DNA from: Eledone cirrhosa
Taxonomy: Eukaryota
DNA: 64,000 bases
NCBI GenBank assembly: GCA_964016885.1
Contig: OZ024740.1
Span: forward strand, 13,020,001-13,084,000
Direction of reading: 5' to 3'
A program made the position numbers and the translations under genes. The stretch's first letter is position 1. Each line of letters begins with the position of its first letter. The notes under the pieces were generated by a model, which did no database searches, was not told the origin of the DNA, and saw only the letters and a list, made by a program, of their open reading frames with translations. This document shows positions 15,001-30,000 of the stretch, piece by piece.

Positions 15001-18000
15001 CTTGTCCCTAGTCTAATGTCTCTAGTCTAATGTCTTGTCTCTAGTCTAATGTCTTGTCTCTAGTCTAATGTATCTAGTCTAATATCTTGTCTCTAGTCTA
15101 ATGTCTTGTCTCTACTCTAGTGTCTCTAGTCTAATGTCTTGTCTCTAGTCTAATGTCTTGTCTCTAGTCTCATGTCTTGTCGCTAGTCTCATGTCTTGTC
15201 TCTAGTCTAATGTCTTGTCTCTAGTCTAATGTATCTAGTCGAATATCTTGTCTCTAGTCTAATGTCTTGTCTCTACTCTAATGTCTCTAGTCTAATGTCT
15301 TGTCTCTAGTCTCATGTCTTCTCTCTAGTCTAATGTTTTGTCTGTAGTCTAATATCTCTAGTATAATGTCTTGTCTCTAGTCTAATGTCTTGTCTCTAGT
15401 TTAATGTCTTGTCTCTAGTATAATGTCTTGTCTCTAGTCTAATGTCTTGTCTCTAGTCTAATGTCTCTAGTCTAATGTCTTTTCTCTAGTCTAATGTCTT
15501 GTCTCTAGTCTAATGTCTTGTCTCTAGTCTAATGTCTCTAGTCTAATGTCTTGTCTCTAGTCTAATGTCTTGTCTCTAATCTAATGTCTCTAGTCTAATG
15601 TCTCTAGTCTAATGTCTTGTCTCTAATCTAATATCTCTAGTCCAATGTCTTGTCTCTAGTCTAATGTCTTGTCTCTAGTCTAATGTCTTGTCTCTAGTCT
15701 AATGTATCTAGACTAATGTCTTGTCTCCAGTCTAATGTCTTGTCTCTAGTCTAATGTCTCTAGTCTAATGTCTTGTCTCTAGTCTAATGTATCTAGTCTA
15801 ATGTCTTGTCTCTTGTGTAATGTCTTATCTCTAGTCTAATGTCTCCAATCTAATGTCTTGTCTCTAGTCTAATGTCTCGTCTCTAGTCTAATATCTTGTC
15901 TCTAATCTAATATCACTAGTCTAATGTCTTGTGTCTAGTCTAATGTCTGTAGTCTAATGTCTTGTATCTAGTCTAATGTCTTGTCTCTAGTCTAATGTCT
16001 TGTCTCTAGTCTAATGTCTTGTCTCTAGTCTAATGTCTTGTCTCTAGTCTAATGTCCCTCGTCTAATGTCTTGTCTCTAGTCTAATGTCTCTAGTCTAAT
16101 GTCTTGTCTCTAGTCTAATATCTTGTCTCTAGTCTAATGTCTTGTCTCTAGTCTAATGTCTTGTCTCTAGTCTAATGTCCCTCGTCTAATGTCTTGTCTC
16201 TAGTCTAACTTCTCTAGTCTAATTTCTTGTCTCTAGTCTAATGTCTTGTCTCTAGTCTAATGTCAGTAGTCTAATATCTTGTCTCTAGTCTAATATCTTG
16301 TCTCTAGTCTAATGTCTCTAGTCTAATGTCTTGTCTCTAGTTTAATGTCTTGTGTCTAGTCTAATATCTCTAGTCTAATGTCTTGTCTCTAATCTAATGT
16401 CTCTTGTCTAATGTCTTGTCTCTAGTCTATTGACTCTAGTCTAATGTCTCTAGTATAATGTCTTGTCTTTTGTCTAATGTCTTGTCTCTTGTCTAACGTA
16501 TTGTCTCTAGTCTAATGTCTTGTCTCTAGACTAATGTCTTGTCTCTAGTCTAATGTATCTAGTCTAATATCTTGTCTCTAGTCTAATGTCTTGTCTCTAC
16601 TCTAATGTCTTGTCTCTAGTCTCATGTCTTGTCTCTAGTCTCATGTCTTGTCTGTAGTCTAATGTTTTGTCTCTACTCTAATGTCTCTAGTCTAATATCT
16701 TGTCTCTAGTCTAATGGCTTGTCTCTACTCTATTGTCTCTAGTCTAATGTCTTGTCTCTAGTCTAATGTCTTGTCTCTACTCTAATGTCTCTAGTCTAAT
16801 GTCTTGTCTCTAGTCTCATGTCTTGTCTCTAGTCTAATATTTTGTCTCTAGTCTAATGTCTCTAGTCTAATGTCTTGTCTCTAGTCTAATGTCTTGTCTC
16901 TAGTCTAATGTTTTGTCTCTAGTCTAATGTCTCTAGTCTAATATCTTGTCTCTAGTCTAATGTTTTGTCTCTAGTCTAATGTCTTGTCTCTAGTCTAATG
17001 TCTTGTATCTACTCTAATGTCTCTAGTCTAATGTCTTGTCTCTAGTCTAATGTCTTGTCCCTAGTCTAATGTCTCTAGTCTAATGTCTTGTCTCTAGTCT
17101 AATGTCTTGTCTCTAGTCTAATGTCTTGTCTCTAGTCTAATGTATCTAGTTTAATATCTTGTCTCTCGTCTAATGTCTTGTCTCTACTCTAGTGTCTCTA
17201 GTCTAATGTCTTGTCTCTACTCTAATGTCTTGTCTCTAGTCTCATGTCTTGTCTCTAGTCTCATGTCTTGTCTCTAGTCTAATGTTTTGTCTCTACTCTA
17301 ATGTCTCTAGTCTAATATCTTGTCTCTAGTCTAATGGCTTGTCTCTACTCTATTGTCTCTAGTCTAATGTCTTGTCTCTAGTCTAATGTCTTGTCTCTAC
17401 TCTAATGTCTCTAGTCTAATGTCTTGTCTCTAGTCTCATGTCTTGTCTCTAGTCTCATGTCTTGTCTCTAGTCTAATGTTTTGTCTCTAGTCTAATGTCT
17501 CTAGTCTAATGTCTTGTCTCTAGTCTAATGTCTTGTCTCTAGTCTAATGTTTTGTCTCTAGTCTAATGTCTCTAGTCTAATATCTTGTCTCTAGTCTAAT
17601 GTTTTGTCTCTAGTCTAATGTCTTGTCTCTAGTCTAATGTCTTGTCTCTACTCTAATGTCTCTAGTCTAATGTCTTGTCTCTAGTCTAATGTCTTGTCCC
17701 TAGTTTAATGTCTCTAGTCTAATGTCTTGTCTCTAGTCTAATGTCTTGTCTCTAGTCTAATGTCTTGTCTCTAGTCTAATGTATCTAGTCTAATAAATTG
17801 TCTCTAGTCTAATGTCTTGTCTCTACTCTAGTGTCTCTAGTCTAATGTCTTGTCTCTAGTCTAATGTCTTGTCTCTAGTCTCATGTCTTGTCGCTAGTCT
17901 CATGTCTTGTCTCTAGTCTAATGTCTTGTCTCTAGTCTAATGTATCTAGTCGAATATCTTGTTTCTAGTCTAATGTTTTGTCTGTAGTCTAATATCTCTA

Positions 18001-21000
18001 GTATAATGTCTTGTCTCTAGTCTAATGTCTTGTCTCTAGTTTAATGTCTTGTCTCTAGTATAATGTCTTGTCTCTAGTCTAATGTCTCTAGTCTAATGTC
18101 TCTAGTCTAATGTCTTGTCTATAGTCTAATGTCTTGTCTCTAGTCTAATGTCTTGTCTCTAGTCTAATGTCTCTAGTCTAATGTCTTGTCTCTAGTCTAA
18201 TGTCTTGTCTCTAATCTAATGTCTCTAGTCTAATGTCTCTAGTCTAATGTCTTGTCTCTAATCTAATGTCTCTAGTCCAATGTCTTGTCTCTAGTCTAAT
18301 GTCTTGTCTCTAGTCTAATGTCTTGTCTCTAGTCTAATGTATCTAGACTAATGTCTTGTCTCCATTCTAATGTCTTGTCTCTAGTCTAATGTCTCTAGTC
18401 TAATGTCTTGTCTCTAGTCTAATGTATCTAGTCTAATGTCTTGTCTCTTGTGTAATGTCTTATCTCTAGTCTAATGTCTCCAATCTAATGTCTTGTCTCT
18501 AGTCTAATGTCTCGTCTCTAGTCTAATATCTTGTCTCTAATCTAATATCACTAGTCTAATGTCTTGTTTCTAGTCTAATGACTCTAGTCTAATGTCTTAT
18601 CTCTAATCTAATGTCTCTAGTATAATGTCTCTAGTCTAATGTCTTGTATTTAGTCTAATGTCTTGTCTCTAGTCTAATGTCTCTAGTCTAATGTCTTGTC
18701 ACTAGTCTAATATCTTGTCTCTAGTCTAATATCTTGTCTCTAGTCTAATGTCTCTAGTCTAATGTCTCTAGTCTAATGTCTTGTCTCTTTTCTAATGTCT
18801 TGTCTCTAGTCTAATGTCTCTAGTCTAATGTCTTGTCTCTAGTCTAATGTCTCTAGTCTAATGTCTCTAGTCTAATGTCTCCAGTCTAATGTCTTGTCTC
18901 TAGTCTAATGTCTTGTCTCTAATCTAATGTCTCTAGTCCAATGTCTTGTCTCTAGTCTAATGTCTTGTCTCTAGTCTAATGTCTTGTCTCTAGTCTAATG
19001 TATCTAGTCTAACGTCTTGTCTCCAGTCTAATGTCTTGTCTCTAGTCTAATGTCTCTAGTCTAATGTCTTGTCTCTAGTCTAATGTCTCGTCTCTAGTCT
19101 AATATCTTGTCTCTAATCTAATGTCTCTAGTCTAATGTCTCATCTCTAGTCTAATGTCTCTAGTCTAATGTCTTATCTCTAATCTAATGTCTCTAGTATG
19201 ATGTCTGTAGTCTAATGTCTTGTATCTAGTCTAATGTCTTGTTTCTAGTCTAATGTCTCTAGTCTAATGTCTTGTTTCTAGTCTAATGTCTCTAGTCTAA
19301 TGTCTCTAGTCAAATGTCTCTAGTCTAATGTCTTGTCTCTAATCTAATGTCACTAGTCTAACGTCTTGTCTCTAGCCTAATGTCTTGTCTCTAGTCTAAT
19401 ATCTTGTCTCTAGTCTAATGTCTCTAGATTAATGTCCTCTTTCTAGTCTAATGTCTTGTCTCTAGACTAATGTACTGTCTCTAGTCTAATTACTTGTCTC
19501 TAGTCTAATGTCTTGTCTCTAGTCTAATGTCTTGTCTCTAGTCTAATGTCTCTAGCCTAATGTCTTGTCTCTAGTCTAATATCTTGTCTCTAGTCTAATG
19601 TCTCTAGATTAATGTCCTCTTTCTAGTCTAATGTCTTGTCTCTAATCTAATGTCTTGTCTCTAGTCTAATGTACTGTCTCTAGTCTAATGTCTTGTCTCT
19701 AATCTAATGTCTTGTCTCTAGTCTAATGTACTGTCTCTAGTCTAATATCTTGTCTCTAGTCTAATGTCTCTAGATTAATGTCCTCTTTCTAGTCTAATGT
19801 CTTGTCTCTAATCTAATGTCTTGTCTCTAGTCTAATGTACTGTCTCTAGTCTAATTTCTTGTCTCTAGTCTAATGTCTTGTCTCTAGTCTAATGTCTTGT
19901 CTCTAGTCTCATGTCTTGTCGCTAGTCTCATGTCTTGTCTCTAGTCTAATGTCTTGTCTCTAGTCTAATGTATCTAGTCGAATATCTTGTCTCTAGTCTA
20001 ATGTCTTGTCTCTACTCTAATGTCTCTAGTCTAATGTCTTGTCTCTAGTCTCATGTCTTCTCTCTAGTCTAATGTTTTGTCTGTAGTCTAATATCTCTAG
20101 TATAATGTCTTGTCTCTAGTCTAATGTCTTGTCTCTAGTTTAATGTCTTGTCTCTAGTATAATGTCTTGTCTCTAGTCTAATGTCTCTAGTCTAATGTCT
20201 CTAGTCTAATGTCTTGTCTCTAGTCTAATGTCTTGTCTCTAGTCTAATGTCTTGTCTCTAGTCTAATGTCTCTAGTCTAATGTCTTGTCTCTAGTCTAAT
20301 GTCTTGTCTCTAATCTAATGTCTCTAGTCTAATGTCTCTAGTCTAATGTCTTGTCTCTAATCTAATATCTCTAGTCCAATGTCTTATCTCTAGTCTAATG
20401 TCTTGTCTCTAGTCTAATGTCTTGTCTCTAGTCTAATGTATCTAGACTAATGTCTTGTCTCCAGTCTAATGTCTTGTCTCTAGTCTAATGTCTCTAGTCT
20501 AATGTCTTGTCTCTAGTCTAATGTATCTAGTCTAATGTCTTGTCTCTTGTGTAATGTCTTATCTCTAGTCTAATGTCTCCAATCTAATGTCTTGTCTCTA
20601 GTCTAATGTCTCGTCTCTAGTCTAATATCTTGTCTCTAATCTAATATCACTAGTCTAATGTCTTGTGTCTAGTCTAATGTCTGTAGTCTAATGTCTTGTA
20701 TCTAGTCTAATGTCTTGTCTCTAGTCTAATGTCTTGTCTCTAGTCTAATGTCTTGTCTCTAGTCTAATGTCTTGTCTCTAGTCTAATGTCCCTCGTCTAA
20801 TGTCTTGTCTCTAGTCTAATGTCTCTAGTCTAATGTCTTGTCTCTAGTCTAATATCTTGTCTCTAGTCTAATGTCTTGTCTCTAGTCTAATGTCTTGTCT
20901 CTAGTCTAATGTCTTGTCTCTTCTCTAATGTCTCTAGTCTAATGTCTTGTCTCTAGTCTCATGTCTTGTCTCTAGTCTAATATTTTGTCTCTAGTCTAAT

Positions 21001-24000
21001 GTCTCTAGTCTAATGTCTTGTCTCTAGTCTAATGTCTTGTCTCTAGTCTAATGTTTTGTCTCTAGTCTAATGTCTCTAGTCTAATATCTTGTCTCTAGTC
21101 TAATGTTTTGTCTCTAGTCTAATGTCTTGTCTCTAGTCTAATGTCTTGTCTCTAGTCTAATGTCCCTCGTCTAATGTCTTGTCTCTAGTCTAATGTCTCT
21201 AGTCTAATGTCTTGTCTCTAGTCTAATATCTTGTCTCTAGTCTAATGTCTTGTCTCTAGTCTAATGTCTTGTCTCTAGTCTAATGTCCCTCGTCTAATGT
21301 CTTGTCTCTAGTCTAACTTCTCTAGTCTAATTTCTTGTCTCTAGTCTAATGTCTTGTCTCTAGTCTAATGTCAGTAGTCTAATATCTTGTCTCTAGTCTA
21401 ATATCTTGTCTCTAGTCTAATGTCTCTAGTCTAATGTCTTGTCTCTAGTTTAATGTCTTGTGTCTAGTCTAATATCTCTAGTCTAATGTCTTGTCTCTAA
21501 TCTAATGTCTCTTGTCTAATGTTTTGTCTCTAGTCTATTGACTCTAGTCTAATGTCTCTAGTATAATGTCTTGTCTTTTGTCTAATGTCTTGTCTCTTGT
21601 CTAACGTATTGTCTCTAGTCTAATGTCTTGTCTCTAGACTAATGTCTTGTCTCTAGTCTAATGTATCTAGTCTAATATCTTGTCTCTAGTCTAATGTCTT
21701 GTCTCTACTCTAATGTCTTGTCTCTAGTCTCATGTCTTGTCTCTAGTCTCATGTCTTGTCTGTAGTCTAATGTTTTGTCTCTACTCTAATGTCTCTAGTC
21801 TAATATCTTGTCTCTAGTCTAATGGCTTGTCTCTACTCTATTGTCTCTAGTCTAATGTCTTGTCTCTAGTCTAATGTCTTGTCTCTACTCTAATGTCTCT
21901 AGTCTAATGTCTTGTCTCTAGTCTCATGTCTTGTCTCTAGTCTAATATTTTGTCTCTAGTCTAATGTCTCTAGTCTAATGTCTTGTCTCTAGTCTAATGT
22001 CTTGTCTCTAGTCTAATGTTTTGTCTCTAGTCTAATGTCTCTAGTCTAATATCTTGTCTCTAGTCTAATGTTTTGTCTCTAGTCTAATGTCTTGTCTCTA
22101 GTCTAATGTCTTGTATCTACTCTAATGTCTCTAGTCTAATGTCTTGTCTCTAGTCTAATGTTTTGTCCCTAGTCTAATGTCTCTAGTCTAATGTCTTGTC
22201 TCTAGTCTAATGTCTTGTCTCTAGTCTAATGTCTTGTCTCTAGTCTAATGTATCTAGTTTAATATCTTGTCTCTCGTCTAATGTCTTGTCTCTACTCTAG
22301 TGTCTCTAGTCTAATGTCTTGTCTCTACTCTAATGTCTTGTCTCTAGTCTCATGTCTTGTCTCTAGTCTCATGTCTTGTCTCTAGTCTAATGTTTTGTCT
22401 CTACTCTAATGTCTCTAGTCTAATATCTTGTCTCTAGTCTAATGGCTTGTCTCTACTCTATTGTCTCTAGTCTAATGTCTTGTCTCTAGTCTAATGTCTT
22501 GTCTCTACTCTAATGTCTCTAGTCTAATGTCTTGTCTCTAGTCTCATGTCTTGTCTCTAGTCTCATGTCTTGTCTCTAGTCTAATGTTTTGTCTCTAGTC
22601 TAATGTCTCTAGTCTAATGTCTTGTCTCTAGTCTAATGTCTTGTCTCTAGTCTAATGTTTTGTCTCTAGTCTAATGTCTCTAGTCTAATATCTTGTCTCT
22701 AGTCTAATGTTTTGTCTCTAGTCTAATGTCTTGTCTCTAGTCTAATGTCTTGTCTCTACTCTAATGTCTCTAGTCTAATGTCTTGTCTCTAGTCTAATGT
22801 CTTGTCCCTAGTTTAATGTCTCTAGTCTAATGTCTTGTCTCTAGTCTAATGTCTTGTCTCTAGTCTAATGTCTTGTCTCTAGTCTAATGTATCTAGTCTA
22901 ATAAATTGTCTCTAGTCTAATGTCTTGTCTCTACTCTAGTGTCTCTAGTCTAATGTCTTGTCTCTAGTCTAATGTCTTGTCTCTAGTCTCATGTCTTGTC
23001 GCTAGTCTCATGTCTTGTCTCTAGTCTAATGTCTTGTCTCTAGTCTAATGTATCTAGTCGAATATCTTGTTTCTAGTCTAATGTTTTGTCTGTAGTCTAA
23101 TATCTCTAGTATAATGTCTTGTCTCTAGTCTAATGTCTTGTCTCTAGTTTAATGTCTTGTCTCTAGTATAATGTCTTGTCTCTAGTCTAATGTCTCTAGT
23201 CTAATGTCTCTAGTCTAATGTCTTGTCTATAGTCTAATGTCTTGTCTCTAGTCTAATGTCTTGTCTCTAGTCTAATGTCTCTAGTCTAATGTCTTGTCTC
23301 TAGTCTAATGTCTTGTCTCTAATCTAATGTCTCTAGTCTAATGTCTCTAGTCTAATGTCTTGTCTCTAATCTAATGTCTCTAGTCCAATGTCTTGTCTCT
23401 AGTCTAATGTCTTGTCTCTAGTCTAATGTCTTGTCTCTAGTCTAATGTATCTAGACTAATGTCTTGTCTCCATTCTAATGTCTTGTCTCTAGTCTAATGT
23501 CTCTAGTCTAATGTCTTGTCTCTAGTCTAATGTATCTAGTCTAATGTCTTGTCTCTTGTGTAATGTCTTATCTCTAGTCTAATGTCTCCAATCTAATGTC
23601 TTGTCTCTAGTCTAATGTCTCGTCTCTAGTCTAATATCTTGTCTCTAATCTAATATCACTAGTCTAATGTCTTGTTTCTAGTCTAATGACTCTAGTCTAA
23701 TGTCTTATCTCTAATCTAATGTCTCTAGTATAATGTCTCTAGTCTAATGTCTTGTATTTAGTCTAATGTCTTGTCTCTAGTCTAATGTCTCTAGTCTAAT
23801 GTCTTGTCACTAGTCTAATATCTTGTCTCTAGTCTAATATCTTGTCTCTAGTCTAATGTCTCTAGTCTAATGTCTCTAGTCTAATGTCTTGTCTCTTTTC
23901 TAATGTCTTGTCTCTAGTCTAATGTCTCTAGTCTAATGTCTTGTCTCTAGTCTAATGTCTCTAGTCTAATGTCTCTAGTCTAATGTCTCCAGTCTAATGT

Positions 24001-27000
24001 CTTGTCTCTAGTCTAATGTCTTGTCTCTAATCTAATGTCTCTAGTCCAATGTCTTGTCTCTAGTCTAATGTCTTGTCTCTAGTCTAATGTCTTGTCTCTA
24101 GTCTAATGTATCTAGTCTAACGTCTTGTCTCCAGTCTAATGTCTTGTCTCTAGTCTAATGTCTCTAGTCTAATGTCTTGTCTCTAGTCTAATGTCTCGTC
24201 TCTAGTCTAATATCTTGTCTCTAATCTAATGTCTCTAGTCTAATGTCTCATCTCTAGTCTAATGTCTCTAGTCTAATGTCTTATCTCTAATCTAATGTCT
24301 CTAGTATGATGTCTGTAGTCTAATGTCTTGTATCTAGTCTAATGTCTTGTTTCTAGTCTAATGTCTCTAGTCTAATGTCTTGTTTCTAGTCTAATGTCTC
24401 TAGTCTAATGTCTCTAGTCAAATGTCTCTAGTCTAATGTCTTGTCTCTAATCTAATGTCACTAGTCTAACGTCTTGTCTCTAGCCTAATGTCTTGTCTCT
24501 AGTCTAATATCTTGTCTCTAGTCTAATGTCTCTAGATTAATGTCCTCTTTCTAGTCTAATGTCTTGTCTCTAGACTAATGTACTGTCTCTAGTCTAATTA
24601 CTTGTCTCTAGTCTAATGTCTTGTCTCTAGTCTAATGTCTTGTCTCTAGTCTAATGTCTCTAGCCTAATGTCTTGTCTCTAGTCTAATATCTTGTCTCTA
24701 GTCTAATGTCTCTAGATTAATGTCCTCTTTCTAGTCTAATGTCTTGTCTCTAATCTAATGTCTTGTCTCTAGTCTAATGTACTGTCTCTAGTCTAATGTC
24801 TTGTCTCTAATCTAATGTCTTGTCTCTAGTCTAATGTACTGTCTCTAGTCTAATATCTTGTCTCTAGTCTAATGTCTCTAGATTAATGTCCTCTTTCTAG
24901 TCTAATGTCTTGTCTCTAATCTAATGTCTTGTCTCTAGTCTAATGTACTGTCTCTAGTCTAATTTCTTGTCTCTAGTCTAATGTCTTGTCTCTAGTCTAA
25001 TGTCTTGTCTCTAGTCTCATGTCTTGTCGCTAGTCTCATGTCTTGTCTCTAGTCTAATGTCTTGTCTCTAGTCTAATGTATCTAGTCGAATATCTTGTCT
25101 CTAGTCTAATGTCTTGTCTCTACTCTAATGTCTCTAGTCTAATGTCTTGTCTCTAGTCTCATGTCTTCTCTCTAGTCTAATGTTTTGTCTGTAGTCTAAT
25201 ATCTCTAGTATAATGTCTTGTCTCTAGTCTAATGTCTTGTCTCTAGTCTAATGTCTTGTCTCTAGTCTAATGTCTTGTCTCTTCTCTAATGTCTCTAGTC
25301 TAATGTCTTGTCTCTAGTCTCATGTCTTGTCTCTAGTCTAATATTTTGTCTCTAGTCTAATGTCTCTAGTCTAATGTCTTGTCTCTAGTCTAATGTCTTG
25401 TCTCTAGTCTAATGTTTTGTCTCTAGTCTAATGTCTCTAGTCTAATATCTTGTCTCTAGTCTAATGTTTTGTCTCTAGTCTAATGTCTTGTCTCTAGTCT
25501 AATGTCTTGTCTCTAGTCTAATGTCCCTCGTCTAATGTCTTGTCTCTAGTCTAATGTCTCTAGTCTAATGTCTTGTCTCTAGTCTAATATCTTGTCTCTA
25601 GTCTAATGTCTTGTCTCTAGTCTAATGTCTTGTCTCTAGTCTAATGTCCCTCGTCTAATGTCTTGTCTCTAGTCTAACTTCTCTAGTCTAATTTCTTGTC
25701 TCTAGTCTAATGTCTTGTCTCTAGTCTAATGTCAGTAGTCTAATATCTTGTCTCTAGTCTAATATCTTGTCTCTAGTCTAATGTCTCTAGTCTAATGTCT
25801 TGTCTCTAGTTTAATGTCTTGTGTCTAGTCTAATATCTCTAGTCTAATGTCTTGTCTCTAATCTAATGTCTCTTGTCTAATGTCTTGTCTCTAGTCTATT
25901 GACTCTAGTCTAATGTCTCTAGTATAATGTCTTGTCTTTTGTCTAATGTCTTGTCTCTTGTCTAACGTATTGTCTCTAGTCTAATGTCTTGTCTCTAGAC
26001 TAATGTCTTGTCTCTAGTCTAATGTATCTAGTCTAATATCTTGTCTCTAGTCTAATGTCTTGTCTCTACTCTAATGTCTTGTCTCTAGTCTCATGTCTTG
26101 TCTCTAGTCTCATGTCTTGTCTGTAGTCTAATGTTTTGTCTCTACTCTAATGTCTCTAGTCTAATATCTTGTCTCTAGTCTAATGGCTTGTCTCTACTCT
26201 ATTGTCTCTAGTCTAATGTCTTGTCTCTAGTCTAATGTCTTGTCTCTACTCTAATGTCTCTAGTCTAATGTCTTGTCTCTAGTCTCATGTCTTGTCTCTA
26301 GTCTAATATTTTGTCTCTAGTCTAATGTCTCTAGTCTAATGTCTTGTCTCTAGTCTAATGTCTTGTCTCTAGTCTAATGTTTTGTCTCTAGTCTAATGTC
26401 TCTAGTCTAATATCTTGTCTCTAGTCTAATGTTTTGTCTCTAGTCTAATGTCTTGTCTCTAGTCTAATGTCTTGTATCTACTCTAATGTCTCTAGTCTAA
26501 TGTCTTGTCTCTAGTCTAATGTTTTGTCCCTAGTCTAATGTCTCTAGTCTAATGTCTTGTCTCTAGTCTAATGTCTTGTCTCTAGTCTAATGTCTTGTCT
26601 CTAGTCTAATGTATCTAGTTTAATATCTTGTCTCTCGTCTAATGTCTTGTCTCTACTCTAGTGTCTCTAGTCTAATGTCTTGTCTCTACTCTAATGTCTT
26701 GTCTCTAGTCTCATGTCTTGTCTCTAGTCTCATGTCTTGTCTCTAGTCTAATGTTTTGTCTCTACTCTAATGTCTCTAGTCTAATATCTTGTCTCTAGTC
26801 TAATGGCTTGTCTCTACTCTATTGTCTCTAGTCTAATGTCTTGTCTCTAGTCTAATGTCTTGTCTCTACTCTAATGTCTCTAGTCTAATGTCTTGTCTCT
26901 AGTCTCATGTCTTGTCTCTAGTCTCATGTCTTGTCTCTAGTCTAATGTTTTGTCTCTAGTCTAATGTCTCTAGTCTAATGTCTTGTCTCTAGTCTAATGT

Positions 27001-30000
27001 CTTGTCTCTAGTCTAATGTTTTGTCTCTAGTCTAATGTCTCTAGTCTAATATCTTGTCTCTAGTCTAATGTTTTGTCTCTAGTCTAATGTCTTGTCTCTA
27101 GTCTAATGTCTTGTCTCTACTCTAATGTCTCTAGTCTAATGTCTTGTCTCTAGTCTAATGTCTTGTCCCTAGTTTAATGTCTCTAGTCTAATGTCTTGTC
27201 TCTAGTCTAATGTCTTGTCTCTAGTCTAATGTCTTGTCTCTAGTCTAATGTATCTAGTCTAATAAATTGTCTCTAGTCTAATGTCTTGTCTCTACTCTAG
27301 TGTCTCTAGTCTAATGTCTTGTCTCTAGTCTAATGTCTTGTCTCTAGTCTCATGTCTTGTCGCTAGTCTCATGTCTTGTCTCTAGTCTAATGTCTTGTCT
27401 CTAGTCTAATGTATCTAGTCGAATATCTTGTTTCTAGTCTAATGTTTTGTCTGTAGTCTAATATCTCTAGTATAATGTCTTGTCTCTAGTCTAATGTCTT
27501 GTCTCTAGTTTAATGTCTTGTCTCTAGTATAATGTCTTGTCTCTAGTCTAATGTCTCTAGTCTAATGTCTCTAGTCTAATGTCTTGTCTATAGTCTAATG
27601 TCTTGTCTCTAGTCTAATGTCTTGTCTCTAGTCTAATGTCTCTAGTCTAATGTCTTGTCTCTAGTCTAATGTCTTGTCTCTAATCTAATGTCTCTAGTCT
27701 AATGTCTCTAGTCTAATGTCTTGTCTCTAATCTAATGTCTCTAGTCCAATGTCTTGTCTCTAGTCTAATGTCTTGTCTCTAGTCTAATGTCTTGTCTCTA
27801 GTCTAATGTATCTAGACTAATGTCTTGTCTCCATTCTAATGTCTTGTCTCTAGTCTAATGTCTCTAGTCTAATGTCTTGTCTCTAGTCTAATGTATCTAG
27901 TCTAATGTCTTGTCTCTTGTGTAATGTCTTATCTCTAGTCTAATGTCTCCAATCTAATGTCTTGTCTCTAGTCTAATGTCTCGTCTCTAGTCTAATATCT
28001 TGTCTCTAATCTAATATCACTAGTCTAATGTCTTGTTTCTAGTCTAATGACTCTAGTCTAATGTCTTATCTCTAATCTAATGTCTCTAGTATAATGTCTC
28101 TAGTCTAATGTCTTGTATTTAGTCTAATGTCTTGTCTCTAGTCTAATGTCTCTAGTCTAATGTCTTGTCACTAGTCTAATATCTTGTCTCTAGTCTAATA
28201 TCTTGTCTCTAGTCTAATGTCTCTAGTCTAATGTCTCTAGTCTAATGTCTTGTCTCTTTTCTAATGTCTTGTCTCTAGTCTAATGTCTCTAGTCTAATGT
28301 CTTGTCTCTAGTCTAATGTCTCTAGTCTAATGTCTCTAGTCTAATGTCTCCAGTCTAATGTCTTGTCTCTAGTCTAATGTCTTGTCTCTAATCTAATGTC
28401 TCTAGTCCAATGTCTTGTCTCTAGTCTAATGTCTTGTCTCTAGTCTAATGTCTTGTCTCTAGTCTAATGTATCTAGTCTAACGTCTTGTCTCCAGTCTAA
28501 TGTCTTGTCTCTAGTCTAATGTCTCTAGTCTAATGTCTTGTCTCTAGTCTAATGTCTCGTCTCTAGTCTAATATCTTGTCTCTAATCTAATGTCTCTAGT
28601 CTAATGTCTCATCTCTAGTCTAATGTCTCTAGTCTAATGTCTTATCTCTAATCTAATGTCTCTAGTATGATGTCTGTAGTCTAATGTCTTGTATCTAGTC
28701 TAATGTCTTGTTTCTAGTCTAATGTCTCTAGTCTAATGTCTTGTTTCTAGTCTAATGTCTCTAGTCTAATGTCTCTAGTCAAATGTCTCTAGTCTAATGT
28801 CTTGTCTCTAATCTAATGTCACTAGTCTAACGTCTTGTCTCTAGCCTAATGTCTTGTCTCTAGTCTAATATCTTGTCTCTAGTCTAATGTCTCTAGATTA
28901 ATGTCCTCTTTCTAGTCTAATGTCTTGTCTCTAGACTAATGTACTGTCTCTAGTCTAATTACTTGTCTCTAGTCTAATGTCTTGTCTCTAGTCTAATGTC
29001 TTGTCTCTAGTCTAATGTCTCTAGCCTAATGTCTTGTCTCTAGTCTAATATCTTGTCTCTAGTCTAATGTCTCTAGATTAATGTCCTCTTTCTAGTCTAA
29101 TGTCTTGTCTCTAATCTAATGTCTTGTCTCTAGTCTAATGTACTGTCTCTAGTCTAATGTCTTGTCTCTAATCTAATGTCTTGTCTCTAGTCTAATGTAC
29201 TGTCTCTAGTCTAATATCTTGTCTCTAGTCTAATGTCTCTAGATTAATGTCCTCTTTCTAGTCTAATGTCTTGTCTCTAATCTAATGTCTTGTCTCTAGT
29301 CTAATGTACTGTCTCTAGTCTAATTTCTTGTCTCTAGTCTAATGTCTTGTCTCTAGTCTAATGTCTTGTCTCTAGTCTCATGTCTTGTCGCTAGTCTCAT
29401 GTCTTGTCTCTAGTCTAATGTCTTGTCTCTAGTCTAATGTATCTAGTCGAATATCTTGTCTCTAGTCTAATGTCTTGTCTCTACTCTAATGTCTCTAGTC
29501 TAATGTCTTGTCTCTAGTCTCATGTCTTCTCTCTAGTCTAATGTTTTGTCTGTAGTCTAATATCTCTAGTATAATGTCTTGTCTCTAGTCTAATGTCTTG
29601 TCTCTAGTTTAATGTCTTGTCTCTAGTATAATGTCTTGTCTCTAGTCTAATGTCTCTAGTCTAATGTCTCTAGTCTAATGTCTTGTCTCTAGTCTAATGT
29701 CTTGTCTCTAGTCTAATGTCTTGTCTCTAGTCTAATGTCTCTAGTCTAATGTCTTGTCTCTAGTCTAATGTCTTGTCTCTAATCTAATGTCTCTAGTCTA
29801 ATGTCTCTAGTCTAATGTCTTGTCTCTAATCTAATATCTCTAGTCCAATGTCTTATCTCTAGTCTAATGTCTTGTCTCTAGTCTAATGTCTTGTCTCTAG
29901 TCTAATGTATCTAGACTAATGTCTTGTCTCCAGTCTAATGTCTTGTCTCTAGTCTAATGTCTCTAGTCTAATGTCTTGTCTCTAGTCTAATGTATCTAGT